The position numbers and the translations under genes are program-made. From IMG/VR virus record IMGVR_UViG_3300030372_003090, positions 1 through 29,723 of that record: a stretch of DNA of 29,723 nucleotides; one strand, 5' to 3'. Below are positions 11,501 to 19,312 of this stretch, piece after piece. Numbering within the stretch: position 1 is the first letter of the stretch; each line of letters starts with the position of its first letter. The DNA is from a virus. Lineage: Duplodnaviria > Caudoviricetes. The notes beneath the pieces were generated by a model. That model was not told where the DNA came from. It worked only from the letters and a program-made list of their open reading frames with translations, and ran no database searches.

Positions 11501-12588
11501 AAATTCCCTGACGAACCATCTACTTTAGTTTTAGTATAATCCTCACCTTCTCCATACATTGAGAATGTTACAATCTCATAAGTCCCAGTTGGTGTTGTAT
11601 AAACATGTAAGTCGCTTACATATGAAGCTGAGTCAATTTGCTCACTTTTTTCTAAAGTAAAATCATCCCAGCTAGCTAAATCGCTTCTATGGTACCATCC
11701 AGGCCTTTGAACATTTGTAGTATAACTCCCTGAAGTTGCTGAAAGGTCGCTATTCCTAACCATTTGTGGTATTGAAGCAAACATAGCTTTAAACTGGCTC
11801 CCTAATCCATCACCTGAAACAGGAGTAGGCAATATAGTCTTAGTTAGACCTAAACTTAAATCAAGCCTATATAAAACACCATGTGCATGTTGAACTGTAT
11901 CTAAGTCATATACCCATATAGTTTCATCTTGAATATTTAATGCAATACATTGAATTGAAACAAAGGGGAAATCTGATTGGCCTACAACTTCTCCAGATGT
12001 AGCAGAGTGTTTTATAATAGATGTATTCCCTTTGTTCATACCATATACATAGGAACCCAATGCAACAATCTTATCATAGGATGTAAATGTGTCGATATTA
12101 CTTAAACGACTTGGCTCAACCTGAAGCCCAGTAATTGATGAGCCAAACTGAGAATGTTTAACATATCCTATCCATTTAGACTCTGTGCCTTTACCTGCTC
12201 CCAATCTAATATGACTATTAGATGTATTAGCAAGAGTTGCTGAGTCTCCTGTCATTTGATGACTTGTTAGTATATCAGATGCTGTAGGAGACCCATCAAG
12301 GTCTTGAACTTGCCTAACTTTACTTGCATCTTTATCGTACAATATAGCATCTGACTTAGATGTGTCTGTGCCATTCATTATCTTGCAAGAGTAATGGCTA
12401 TTAAAATGAGAACCTGCTGTACCCCCTGCAACAATTTCTTCAGCCTGCCTACCTGTCAATTTACCATCAACAGCATTAGGGTCCACATTAAGAGAGTGGG
12501 CTGCTGCTTCAGGTGGTATATCATTCTCTGAAGGAGAAGATATGGTTCCTCGATTAAAAGTTTTTATTTCTAATAACTCTTTAGGCAA
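8557..12588 (-). CDS. Tail nozzle/stabilisation (tail tubular B-like) protein with large insertion (1343 aa)
   Basis: N-terminal FNRG...DIPPEAA...NVD and C-terminal FTWISK...KKFYRI...GVQIKI patterns resemble podovirus nozzle proteins. Beta-propeller-like repeats and consistent gene position. Confidence 0.65.
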   Translation of the reverse strand: MPKELLEIKTFNRGTISSPSENDIPPEAAAHSLNVDPNAVDGKLTGRQAEEIVAGGTAGSHFNSHYSCKIMNGTDTSKSDAILYDKDASKVRQVQDLDGSPTASDILTSHQMTGDSATLANTSNSHIRLGAGKGTESKWIGYVKHSQFGSSITGLQVEPSRLSNIDTFTSYDKIVALGSYVYGMNKGNTSIIKHSATSGEVVGQSDFPFVSIQCIALNIQDETIWVYDLDTVQHAHGVLYRLDLSLGLTKTILPTPVSGDGLGSQFKAMFASIPQMVRNSDLSATSGSYTTNVQRPGWYHRSDLASWDDFTLEKSEQIDSASYVSDLHVYTTPTGTYEIVTFSMYGEGEDYTKTKVDGSSGNFKRGYSKGLLFSAKLESSTSGSVDFYDVTPQSYQTVAHMFSNSNTKRLDGSTTSRRYDKYYIHNNSSSKYYRIYQGWFYPSSEKDHVVNYTAAGSNYKAVEHHADWHPSGGNLNGARQMQVMYYPSLMPLSNAYSGYLDVGTYSGNAGHNNQYKSLSWYATTVERTGELKYNDGPVNGSSAGTDIEGALMVSGRNWGGQAFMSWTTVSSGGNDRFRLTKVRYTLFDIPYIHMLNYKSSLFNTTGTPTSDNNSAIGSTQDTKGCLFNCGIGVTDLRVERLWDATNGYSGTTGKIHSIHVSSGPYIETSPYNSKMIKSANIWIRTDYSGTNKVRVMRFRIRSEVPYCGEDGNYQSTTGTQTTLSSSSANYVHFITNESNLHLDKWSSPIGAIAGEENDSTLGQLASTHTITPSLPSEHFSHLISGYPTTSGQTHHPYEGTAEMANAKGVEKDYYTNNGLDYYRSFAITGAEQKSFANMTTYHSTDSLTGNTQPATIKKLDDATFGVTQGAPTTLKACKVAISVSGLGSGSGFDTAKEYFYRISFLYDEYQESQMLNEVEDAISSGGNGFNITITILEAAATLPKRVSHVNLYRAEAPDHIINKPETLYRLVKKIPLDALWTGTTNKSIVVVDAIADRAGITFESNTGVSETLPHTSLDYGLSTLLNNTLFVSRASGTGLTSLEHYLFKSLPYKYDMFDWSQDFLEMPEMPVALASYGGRVLCFSSNNTYRVEPNNLYIEDTYDGIGCIGDRAHIATEYGLFFCDYNNIYQYTNSVKPIGFPILKNSYDESLGYLELIKTYKKPILAFDANNNALLVILTKADNTDTYIYVYTLATNRWDLWDYSGGISGVIHSSKGGVYSVTDLGFSALQKIASSTVARKAFTWISKIITGQHQSQQKKFYRIDVPYTGATPTVTYGFDGAAPTSTGTPDNDTGIASLKIKDTKRGVQIKISSSATTGSAAPNFVESIGIIMRRFLKLIKAQG

Positions 12589-13119
12589 TTACTTATCCCG
12601 TCTAAATGCATTTCTAATATCTTCTGTAAGATTATAGAAAAAGGATGATTCATCTGGCCCATAATGAAAAGGATTCCCTTTATTAGTAGATACTTTCTCC
12701 ACACTTTCTCCGTGTCCAAATGGATCCTTTGTGACTTCAGAACCTTGCACACCTCTTAAGGCAGCTTCAGTTTTAGGTCCAAAGATTCCATCATCCTCTA
12801 ATCCCATTAGCCTCTGAAATTGAGATACTTGCTCTGAATCATTTACATTAAATGTTTTAGCAAACTCTCTTGGATCCACTTCCTCAGACACACCTTCAGG
12901 GTCTAAGCCTTCATACATATTTACCTGAGGAGCAGGATTTGAACTTTTTTGAAACAAGTCTACTGATTCTTGGTATGGATTTCCCCAACTTTTAGCCATA
13001 TCCTCACCACTCATTCCAAACTTAGAACCATACTTGTCAGCCATCTTATTATCATGAGATTGATTGTAGGCATTCCAACTATTTACTCCACCTTTTATCA
13101 TATCTAAGAGACTATTCAT
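12589..13119 (-). CDS. Protein with a peptidoglycan-binding (PG_binding_1-like) motif (176 aa)
   Basis: VSQFQRLMGLEDDGIFGPKTEAAL matches the FQ...GL..DG..G..T signature. No catalytic domain evident. Confidence 0.7.
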   Translation of the reverse strand: MNSLLDMIKGGVNSWNAYNQSHDNKMADKYGSKFGMSGEDMAKSWGNPYQESVDLFQKSSNPAPQVNMYEGLDPEGVSEEVDPREFAKTFNVNDSEQVSQFQRLMGLEDDGIFGPKTEAALRGVQGSEVTKDPFGHGESVEKVSTNKGNPFHYGPDESSFFYNLTEDIRNAFRRDK

Positions 13120-13622
13120 TATCCTTTACCTTTTTTCTTAGGGGCTTGTGAATCAGGCAATGTTCTTGATTGCCACCCTACAGGTAAATTTTGGGCAATA
13201 TTCATATAATTAGGAGCTCCTTTTTGACTACCTGCTTGTGCTTTAGGCATATTAGACCAATTCTTTTTAGCTAAACCTTTTACTTTAGATGCCTCAAGCT
13301 TATTTACAGTATGTTTGCCATCTGCATGAAACTTAGGGAGTGTTATTCCATGTGAAATGTCAGCATATTGAAGCATAGCTCTTTCATAGTCTCTGTATGT
13401 TTTGAATTGTTCTGGTTTGGGTGAAGGTAACTTTGACTTGCCTTTACCAAATTCTAAACTTATTCTTGGATCATGCCAGTCTACATCATCTATACCTGCA
13501 AATGGGTTAGGTGCAGTGTTTGATTGCATGTGAGCTTGAGCTGATACACCTCTCATACCTCGCTCACCATGTTCTTCTTCATGTATAACATCTGTTCCAA
13601 AGCCAAATCTATCTTTTGCCAT
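13119..13622 (-). CDS. Hypothetical protein (167 aa, basic C-terminus)
   Basis: AAGGA SD and TAATG coupling to the next gene. No recognisable motif. Confidence 0.7.
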   Translation of the reverse strand: MAKDRFGFGTDVIHEEEHGERGMRGVSAQAHMQSNTAPNPFAGIDDVDWHDPRISLEFGKGKSKLPSPKPEQFKTYRDYERAMLQYADISHGITLPKFHADGKHTVNKLEASKVKGLAKKNWSNMPKAQAGSQKGAPNYMNIAQNLPVGWQSRTLPDSQAPKKKGKG

Positions 13623-13624
13623 TT

Positions 13625-14389
13625 TTATCCTTTCAAGACTTGACCCCAGAGGGTAGTCTTACCATTTATTATTTCAACTACATTAACTATGTAGTCACCA
13701 TTTTTAAACCAGTCAATCACTGCAAATCCATGATTCCAATTTGTCAGCCTTCCACTCAACCAGTCTTCATCTTCTTCTATATCTTTTAAGCACCCCATAC
13801 TCCATGCACTTATAGTACCTCCAGCATTAGTCTTTGTAAACCTTTGAAGGTCATGAGTATGTCCGTACATTATACTCTCACCATAAACATCTAAATGCTT
13901 AAATGCATGGTACTTAGAAACAAACTTTCCATGTGTAAAGTTTAGCTTCCCTATCTTCAATGTCTTCTTTCTATTATAGGGATGAAACTCATATCCTCTT
14001 TCCTTTAGATTTAGAGCCTCTTCTGTCATATAATGGTCTAGGTATGGATATCTTGTAACAAACTTGTCTAACCACACCTCATGATTGCCTTGCACAAAAT
14101 GCCTCTCATTACAATCAATTTTATTTAAAGACCTGTCTATTTGGTCCATCCCTTTATTCACTGCTTTAATATCTTTATCAAGCAATGGTATTAAATCTTC
14201 CATAGGTTTAGCAGACCTACCTTTCCAGTAGTGTGTGCTAAAATGCTCCCATTCACCTGTATCGCCTAAGTCTACATAGGTATCAGGCTTAACTAACTCA
14301 ATTGCTTTACAGACTACATTTATTGCCTTTTGGTCATGCAAAGGGAAATGTTTATCTGGTGTCACAATTGCTGTTTGAACTATCTTAAT
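13625..14389 (-). CDS. Calcineurin-like metallophosphoesterase (probable ATT start at 14389; track start 14365)
   Basis: Motifs DKH, LGD, GNHE, THG, GHTH in canonical order. Confidence 0.9.
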   Translation of the reverse strand: MKIVQTAIVTPDKHFPLHDQKAINVVCKAIELVKPDTYVDLGDTGEWEHFSTHYWKGRSAKPMEDLIPLLDKDIKAVNKGMDQIDRSLNKIDCNERHFVQGNHEVWLDKFVTRYPYLDHYMTEEALNLKERGYEFHPYNRKKTLKIGKLNFTHGKFVSKYHAFKHLDVYGESIMYGHTHDLQRFTKTNAGGTISAWSMGCLKDIEEDEDWLSGRLTNWNHGFAVIDWFKNGDYIVNVVEIINGKTTLWGQVLKG

Positions 14390-14446
14390 AAGAACTCTCC
14401 CATTTAAACAAAGGGGTATGGCTTCTAACCCAGTACATGTATAGTA

Positions 14447-14836
14447 TCATTTAAGCTCAAAGTGTGGATGGTCATCAAAGAAGTTTTCCTTTAGATTGAA
14501 ATCACTATCCCAATCACCACCCCATCTTAGAGTAACACCCATCCCACGAGCCAACCCAATGACATACCCAGCAAAAAGAGTATTTCTTTCTCGGTCATCC
14601 CAGTCAATGGGGTAAGCCATGACATCAACAGCACAGCTAGGGCTAGCGTTATGCCTACCATTAGGGAAACGAACTTTACTTTTTCCTTCGTCACAAAGTT
14701 TATTCTGCCTTTCTTCCCCTCTATGTCCCTCTATTATAGTACAATCAACATGTTTGATGACCTCCTTGAAAACTTTCTGAAGGTCATCGTGACATGTTTC
14801 CAATTTACTTAGAGATGATTTGCTGAACTTAGGCAC
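14447..14836 (-). CDS. Endolysin, M15-family Zn peptidase (L-Ala-D-Glu peptidase type, T5 lysin-like)
   Basis: EGHR...RQ, H-x6-AVD, LRWGGDW, DHPHFEL motifs. Confidence 0.9.
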   Translation of the reverse strand: MPKFSKSSLSKLETCHDDLQKVFKEVIKHVDCTIIEGHRGEERQNKLCDEGKSKVRFPNGRHNASPSCAVDVMAYPIDWDDRERNTLFAGYVIGLARGMGVTLRWGGDWDSDFNLKENFFDDHPHFELK

Positions 14837-15011
14837 CTTTAAGAATTACCTTTTTAAGTACAGCTTCAATTGTCTCCCATAATGCAGTGATCCATTTTTC
14901 TTCAGTTTTTTCTGAGATGAATGGAACATCTATATTTGCATTTAGTTCTGCTATTACTTTAGCCTTTATCTCATCATTAAAGAGATACTCTGCTATCATT
15001 TTTTGTATCAT
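14829..15011 (-). CDS. Small hypothetical protein in lysis cluster (60 aa)
   Basis: Overlaps both the holin candidate (ATGA) and the endolysin start. AAGGA SD. Confidence 0.7.
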   Translation of the reverse strand: MIQKMIAEYLFNDEIKAKVIAELNANIDVPFISEKTEEKWITALWETIEAVLKKVILKGA

Positions 15012-15154
15012 TTTAGTTCCTTGATTATCTTGATTATTATATGCACTATTGTTGCTATTCCAAGCACTACAGATACAACATCAGGCAATATACCTAATTG
15101 GATTATTGCAGCACTTGAAAAACCTACTATTGAAGTTTGAAGGGTGTCTGTCAT
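15008..15154 (-). CDS. Putative holin (48 aa; not in ORF track)
   Basis: MTDTLQTSIVGFSSAAIIQLGILPDVVSVVLGIATIVHIIIKIIKELK: hydrophobic helices with a basic tail, ATGA overlaps at both ends, upstream of the endolysin. Confidence 0.65.
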   Translation of the reverse strand: MTDTLQTSIVGFSSAAIIQLGILPDVVSVVLGIATIVHIIIKIIKELK

Positions 15155-15324
15155 TTTTTAGCCTTTGGTACTTGTTGAGCTTCAGAAGCTGTTTTTTTCT
15201 TCTTAGATTCATCTTCAGCTATTGATGTAATAATTTCAATAGCACCTTCAATCTTTAAATACTGAGCTTCAATCTGTTTTTTTTGAGCTTTTAAATTTTC
15301 TAGTATTTCATCGTAGTTTTTCAT
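15151..15324 (-). CDS. Small coiled-coil protein after tail fibre (57 aa; not in ORF track)
   Basis: MKNYDEILENLKAQKKQIEAQYLKIEGAIEII...; AAAGGG SD-like sequence, ATGA overlap with the holin. Confidence 0.7.
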   Translation of the reverse strand: MKNYDEILENLKAQKKQIEAQYLKIEGAIEIITSIAEDESKKKKTASEAQQVPKAKK

Positions 15325-15332
15325 TTTACCCT

Positions 15333-17531
15333 TTATTGTCTTTCTAGTGTGTACGCTACTGCTCCAGAATGCTTGACAGTTGTACCACTTTCATATCGAA
15401 ATGCTGGTATTATCATATCACCTGCAGATAAATTGACACTTAATCCATTATTTGATCTTGAGTATGTCTTTCTGTTGTAATTCACAACCTGCTGGTTGTC
15501 TCTTAAGGTAAAAGTAGCACCTCCACTTGCTGCATTGTCAGAGATAGTAGTTGTCCAGGTTTGAAGATAAACATTTTGATCATTATTCTGGCCTTGATAC
15601 CCAAGCCAGTAAACCCCTACCAGCTTACATGCAAATGGAACAGTTAATCCAGCGATGCTGTTGGAACCTACAACATCAATTGTGTTTCCAACATTGATAC
15701 TATCATCACTATCATATGCATCCCATTTATTGAAAGTTGAATCATCTATGTCTTTAAAATAAGTTCTACCTGAAGTTGTTTCACTGAATACATAATCTTT
15801 CTGCAATACAACAGCGTTATAAGCATCTACATAAGATTTAACTGATTGTTGAGTTGGGAAGTGAGTATCACTATTGCTTGACATATTATCTTCATCTTTA
15901 CCTATAGCAGTAACATGGTCAACCCCTTTAATACCAGTAGAAGTAAATTGGGCTATATCTCCAGCAGTAGCTGTATACCCACCATCAGGCTCGTCTACTA
16001 AAAGAGCATTATTATTTGCAATTCCAAATGTTAAGGCATTTTGCTTTGCATTCCATGTAGCTGCACTTGATATATATCCATCTGCTATAGCATTACCTCT
16101 CCACTCACCTGCATTTACTAAGCCTAAATCTGTTGTATCTCCTAAGACATTTAAATCACCTACAACATTAACATTTGAACCTGAAAGTGTAATTGCATTT
16201 GCAGTAGTAGAAGCTATAACTGAAACTATAAAATCACCATCTACTCTTAAATCTCCAGATACCCTTGATGTACCTGTACCTAACACGGTAAGGTCACCTA
16301 CTGAAGTAACATCAGACCCTGATAAAGTAATAGCATATGAACCATCAGAAGCTTCTATATGATTTCCACCTACTCTTATATCACCAGATACTCTAAATAA
16401 ATTAGTGGTAAAAAGAGCCATATTTGTACCAGCGCCATCTACATTATTATTAATAAAATATTGATTACTACTATTTTGACCTGTAGATATTGGGTCAAAC
16501 CCAGCTTCATCAAAATTTAAATTCCCATTAGTAATAATGTTAGCATCAATAGAAAATCTACCAGATTTATTATAAATATCAAAAGAACCCCCCCCAACAC
16601 CATTCCATCTCATTTTAGGCGAATTTGCGACGACACCATTTCCTATTTCAATCCTATGTAAACCACCATCTTCACCAAGAAATATGACTCCTTCACCAAG
16701 AGTTCCACGACTTACAGCATCAATCTTTACTTTTGCATTATAGCTACCACCAGCACTATATGTAGGATTTTGAGCAGGTGAATGCAGGATTTTAACTCCT
16801 ACAAGCTCTTTGTGGGTATAGGATTTAAGGGTGTTAATGCCATCTGTCTCAATTGTAAGGTCAGAAGAATAAAGATCAAGACCAGTTCCTACTGAACCCG
16901 CAGGTTCATTAACTGATTTAATTCTAAGGGTTGGAGATGCAGCATCTGCTTGAGACCTAACGAAGAAAAGGTTTGCATCGACAGATGAATCTGTAGCCTG
17001 TGAACCTCCAAAGGTTATATCGTTTCCATTTACAGTAAGGTCTCCAGAAACAGTTAAGTCTCCAAACCAATTTGATCCTGTTACATCACCTGTAAGGTCT
17101 CCAGTAACATTATTAAAAATAGTACACCCATCAATAGTGCCACCATTTATATCTATATTTGCAAATGATGATGTTCCAGCAGATGTTATATTACCCGTAA
17201 CATTTCCTACCACATTTCCAGTAACATTTCCTGTTAAATCCCCTGTAGAATCTCCAGTAACATTTCCAGTAACATTTCCAGTTAAGTTACCAGTAACATT
17301 GCCTGTTATGTTACCCGTAAGGTTTCCAGTAACATTACCAATAAGATCATTTACTAAAGGTGCACCGAATGTTACTGAACCTACCATATTGATAGCTCCT
17401 GTACTTTCAGAAATAGTAAACAAATCAGTAGAAGAAGAGTTCTTAATTCTATAGGTAGTAGCTGGCTCTAGGTCTACTTGCTTGTCTAGGTAATTTGTTG
17501 TTGACCCACTATCTTCAGTCCATACAGGCAT
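15333..17531 (-). CDS. Tail fibre protein (732 aa)
   Basis: G-[ND]-[VLI]-T repeats, V-x-GDL-x-V triple-beta repeats, a DEDNMSSNSDTHFPTQQSVKSYVD segment and a beta-sandwich-like C-terminus. Confidence 0.85.
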   Translation of the reverse strand: MPVWTEDSGSTTNYLDKQVDLEPATTYRIKNSSSTDLFTISESTGAINMVGSVTFGAPLVNDLIGNVTGNLTGNITGNVTGNLTGNVTGNVTGDSTGDLTGNVTGNVVGNVTGNITSAGTSSFANIDINGGTIDGCTIFNNVTGDLTGDVTGSNWFGDLTVSGDLTVNGNDITFGGSQATDSSVDANLFFVRSQADAASPTLRIKSVNEPAGSVGTGLDLYSSDLTIETDGINTLKSYTHKELVGVKILHSPAQNPTYSAGGSYNAKVKIDAVSRGTLGEGVIFLGEDGGLHRIEIGNGVVANSPKMRWNGVGGGSFDIYNKSGRFSIDANIITNGNLNFDEAGFDPISTGQNSSNQYFINNNVDGAGTNMALFTTNLFRVSGDIRVGGNHIEASDGSYAITLSGSDVTSVGDLTVLGTGTSRVSGDLRVDGDFIVSVIASTTANAITLSGSNVNVVGDLNVLGDTTDLGLVNAGEWRGNAIADGYISSAATWNAKQNALTFGIANNNALLVDEPDGGYTATAGDIAQFTSTGIKGVDHVTAIGKDEDNMSSNSDTHFPTQQSVKSYVDAYNAVVLQKDYVFSETTSGRTYFKDIDDSTFNKWDAYDSDDSINVGNTIDVVGSNSIAGLTVPFACKLVGVYWLGYQGQNNDQNVYLQTWTTTISDNAASGGATFTLRDNQQVVNYNRKTYSRSNNGLSVNLSAGDMIIPAFRYESGTTVKHSGAVAYTLERQ
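17184..17339 (-). repeat. 13 tandem degenerate 12-bp coding repeats (GNVT-type tetrapeptides, aa 65-116 of tail fibre)
   Basis: GNVT GNLT GNIT GNVT GNLT GNVT GNVT GDST GDLT GNVT GNVV GNVT GNIT read directly from the translation. Confidence 0.9.
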
Positions 17532-17896
17532 TAATAATCGTACCCTCTAATGTTAGCTCCTTTGATTCTTCTTTCATTTCCATATTTTTTTGCTTCAATT
17601 ATTTCTGCTTGATATTTGCCTTCCCAGTATTGTGCTAACTGTATAGTTTCTGGATTCCTTTCATATATCATTGCATTTACTTTATAAATAAGTGCATCTT
17701 GAAACATTTCAGGCAAATCACTTTCTTCGTTTAAATCTGTTGCAGCCCCAGTAAGGAAATGGTCAGCAAGCTTAGAGCAGAAAACTCTTACAGTAACTAC
17801 AGATGACGGAGATTTAACATTAGCTCCATAATCTGAAGTTGTTGCGATACCGATTTTATCTCTTTCTAACCACCATATATATCCTTTAGAGTTCAT
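17531..17896 (-). CDS. Head-tail ring/adaptor protein, C-terminal-half-like (121 aa)
   Basis: SDLPEMFQDALIYKV...YE...AQYWEGKY pattern resembles the C-terminus of tail tubular A/adaptor proteins. TAATG-coupled on both sides. Confidence 0.55.
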   Translation of the reverse strand: MNSKGYIWWLERDKIGIATTSDYGANVKSPSSVVTVRVFCSKLADHFLTGAATDLNEESDLPEMFQDALIYKVNAMIYERNPETIQLAQYWEGKYQAEIIEAKKYGNERRIKGANIRGYDY

Positions 17897-18159
17897 TATG
17901 ATATGTCTCTTTCCTGTGGTCTTCCCACAAGTTTATCTGCACTTTCGTCATCTACATCAACACTAGATACTCTGACTATGCTTTTTAATAAATCATAGTA
18001 CCTAACATCAGCAACAGTAGAAAAAGTATAAGACGAGTCTAAAACTTCTGTTTTTCTACAAAAGTCATCTGATGCCTTATTTAACATTTTAATTAAGTTT
18101 TGATTATTTTCATTAGGATGGGTAACTCTTAATATCTCTAACATTTCTTCTAATTTCAT
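17896..18159 (-). CDS. Head-tail ring/adaptor protein, N-terminal-half-like (87 aa)
   Basis: LIKMLNKASDDFCRKT...STVADVRYYDL...IVRVSSV pattern resembles the N-terminus of adaptor proteins. Confidence 0.55.
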   Translation of the reverse strand: MKLEEMLEILRVTHPNENNQNLIKMLNKASDDFCRKTEVLDSSYTFSTVADVRYYDLLKSIVRVSSVDVDDESADKLVGRPQERDIS

Positions 18160-19160
18160 GCATCAACCTCAAAGTATCTATTGTAATCTACCTCAAGTGC
18201 TTGAGCTTGAGATGAAAGTGTGGATATGTGAGTACCATAAGCCTGAATATCAGAAGTATACTCTTGAATTAAAGCCCCTACTTCAGCAGAATATCTTTGT
18301 ACTTCACTTGAATGTTTTTGCAGTATATGTGCATCTTCTTGACTTGCTGCTCGTAAATCTTCAATCTTTGCATTTACTGAAGCCTGATATGCAACATTTG
18401 CTTCATTAAATTCATTTAGATGATTCTGCATTATAATATTTATTTCAGAAATTTTTGCAGTTGCTAATTCAATATCTTCACTGGTATCTATTAAAGTTGC
18501 AAGTGCAGTTTCAAAATTTGAAAACCCTGTAAAATCATAAGAAGGGGCACTGCCAAAACCAGCAACTGTATTATTACCAATTCCACTTATATTAGCTGGA
18601 GCTGATAATCCAGATATATCTAAAGTAGGCATAACTTTATCTAATACTCTTCTTTTTAAAACTTTTATTGCTGCATATAGAATTACAGCCCCTACATATT
18701 GGTCAGGGAAATTAGCTATAGAACTGCTATTTGCATTAAAATTTGATATTGTATATGTTGTTGGAATACTGCTAAGAGCACCTGATGTATTGATAGATGG
18801 AACAAAGTTTAAATACCCATTACTTATATAAGCTGCAGGGTCATTGCTTGTTGAATAATGTATTGAACTAGAATTTGATAATTTTTCTTTAAATCTTTTA
18901 TCTACAATGCGAACTTCTTTTCCATTATTCTCAACATACAGTATGTCTCCAATATCTTGCAAATCAAGAGAAGTAGATCCACCAGATAGATTGGTGTTTT
19001 TAGTAAATAGCTCTGTTTTATATGGAAGCATTTTTTTCACTCTATCTACTACATCAATACACCCATCAACCATCCATTGCTCAATAGAGTCTAAGTCTGC
19101 AGGGGTAAGCGATCCAGCCAGATCTTTTATTCTTTCATTAAAGTTTGTAACAAGTGCCAT
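18156..19160 (-). CDS. Head-tail adaptor/ring protein with C-terminal coiled-coil extension (334 aa)
   Basis: DPAAYI...LNFVP and FPDQYVGAVILYAA adaptor-like motifs. First large gene after the capsid gene. Confidence 0.55.
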   Translation of the reverse strand: MALVTNFNERIKDLAGSLTPADLDSIEQWMVDGCIDVVDRVKKMLPYKTELFTKNTNLSGGSTSLDLQDIGDILYVENNGKEVRIVDKRFKEKLSNSSSIHYSTSNDPAAYISNGYLNFVPSINTSGALSSIPTTYTISNFNANSSSIANFPDQYVGAVILYAAIKVLKRRVLDKVMPTLDISGLSAPANISGIGNNTVAGFGSAPSYDFTGFSNFETALATLIDTSEDIELATAKISEINIIMQNHLNEFNEANVAYQASVNAKIEDLRAASQEDAHILQKHSSEVQRYSAEVGALIQEYTSDIQAYGTHISTLSSQAQALEVDYNRYFEVDA

Positions 19161-19238
19161 CTACTTTTTCTTCTTTTTAGTCTTTTTCTTTTTAGGTCTT
19201 CCTACTTTAGACCCATATGTTCCCTTACCATAAGGCAT
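19161..19238 (-). CDS. 25-aa highly basic peptide MPYGKGTYGSKVGRPKKKKTKKKKK (not in ORF track)
   Basis: AAGGA SD upstream. Its stop abuts the next ATG (TAG ATG). Confidence 0.75.
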   Translation of the reverse strand: MPYGKGTYGSKVGRPKKKKTKKKKK

Positions 19239-19264
19239 AATTCATTCCTTTATTAAATCTTTTA

Positions 19265-19298
19265 GTTATAGGGAGCCCATAAAGAGCTCCCATATAAC
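19265..19298 (-). terminator. Strong stem-loop just downstream of the capsid gene (terminator, stabiliser or processing site)
   Basis: Minus strand GTTATA-T-GGGAGCTC-tttat-GGGCTCCC-TATAAC. No clear U-tract follows. Confidence 0.6.
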
Positions 19299-19312
19299 AT
19301 TTTATACTCTAC

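Noticed and set aside
15874-19233. Plus-strand ORFs 15874, 17137 (FPVT repeats), 18158, 18907
   Set aside because: Antisense mirrors of the tail fibre and adaptor genes; FPVT is the reverse reading of the GNVT repeats.
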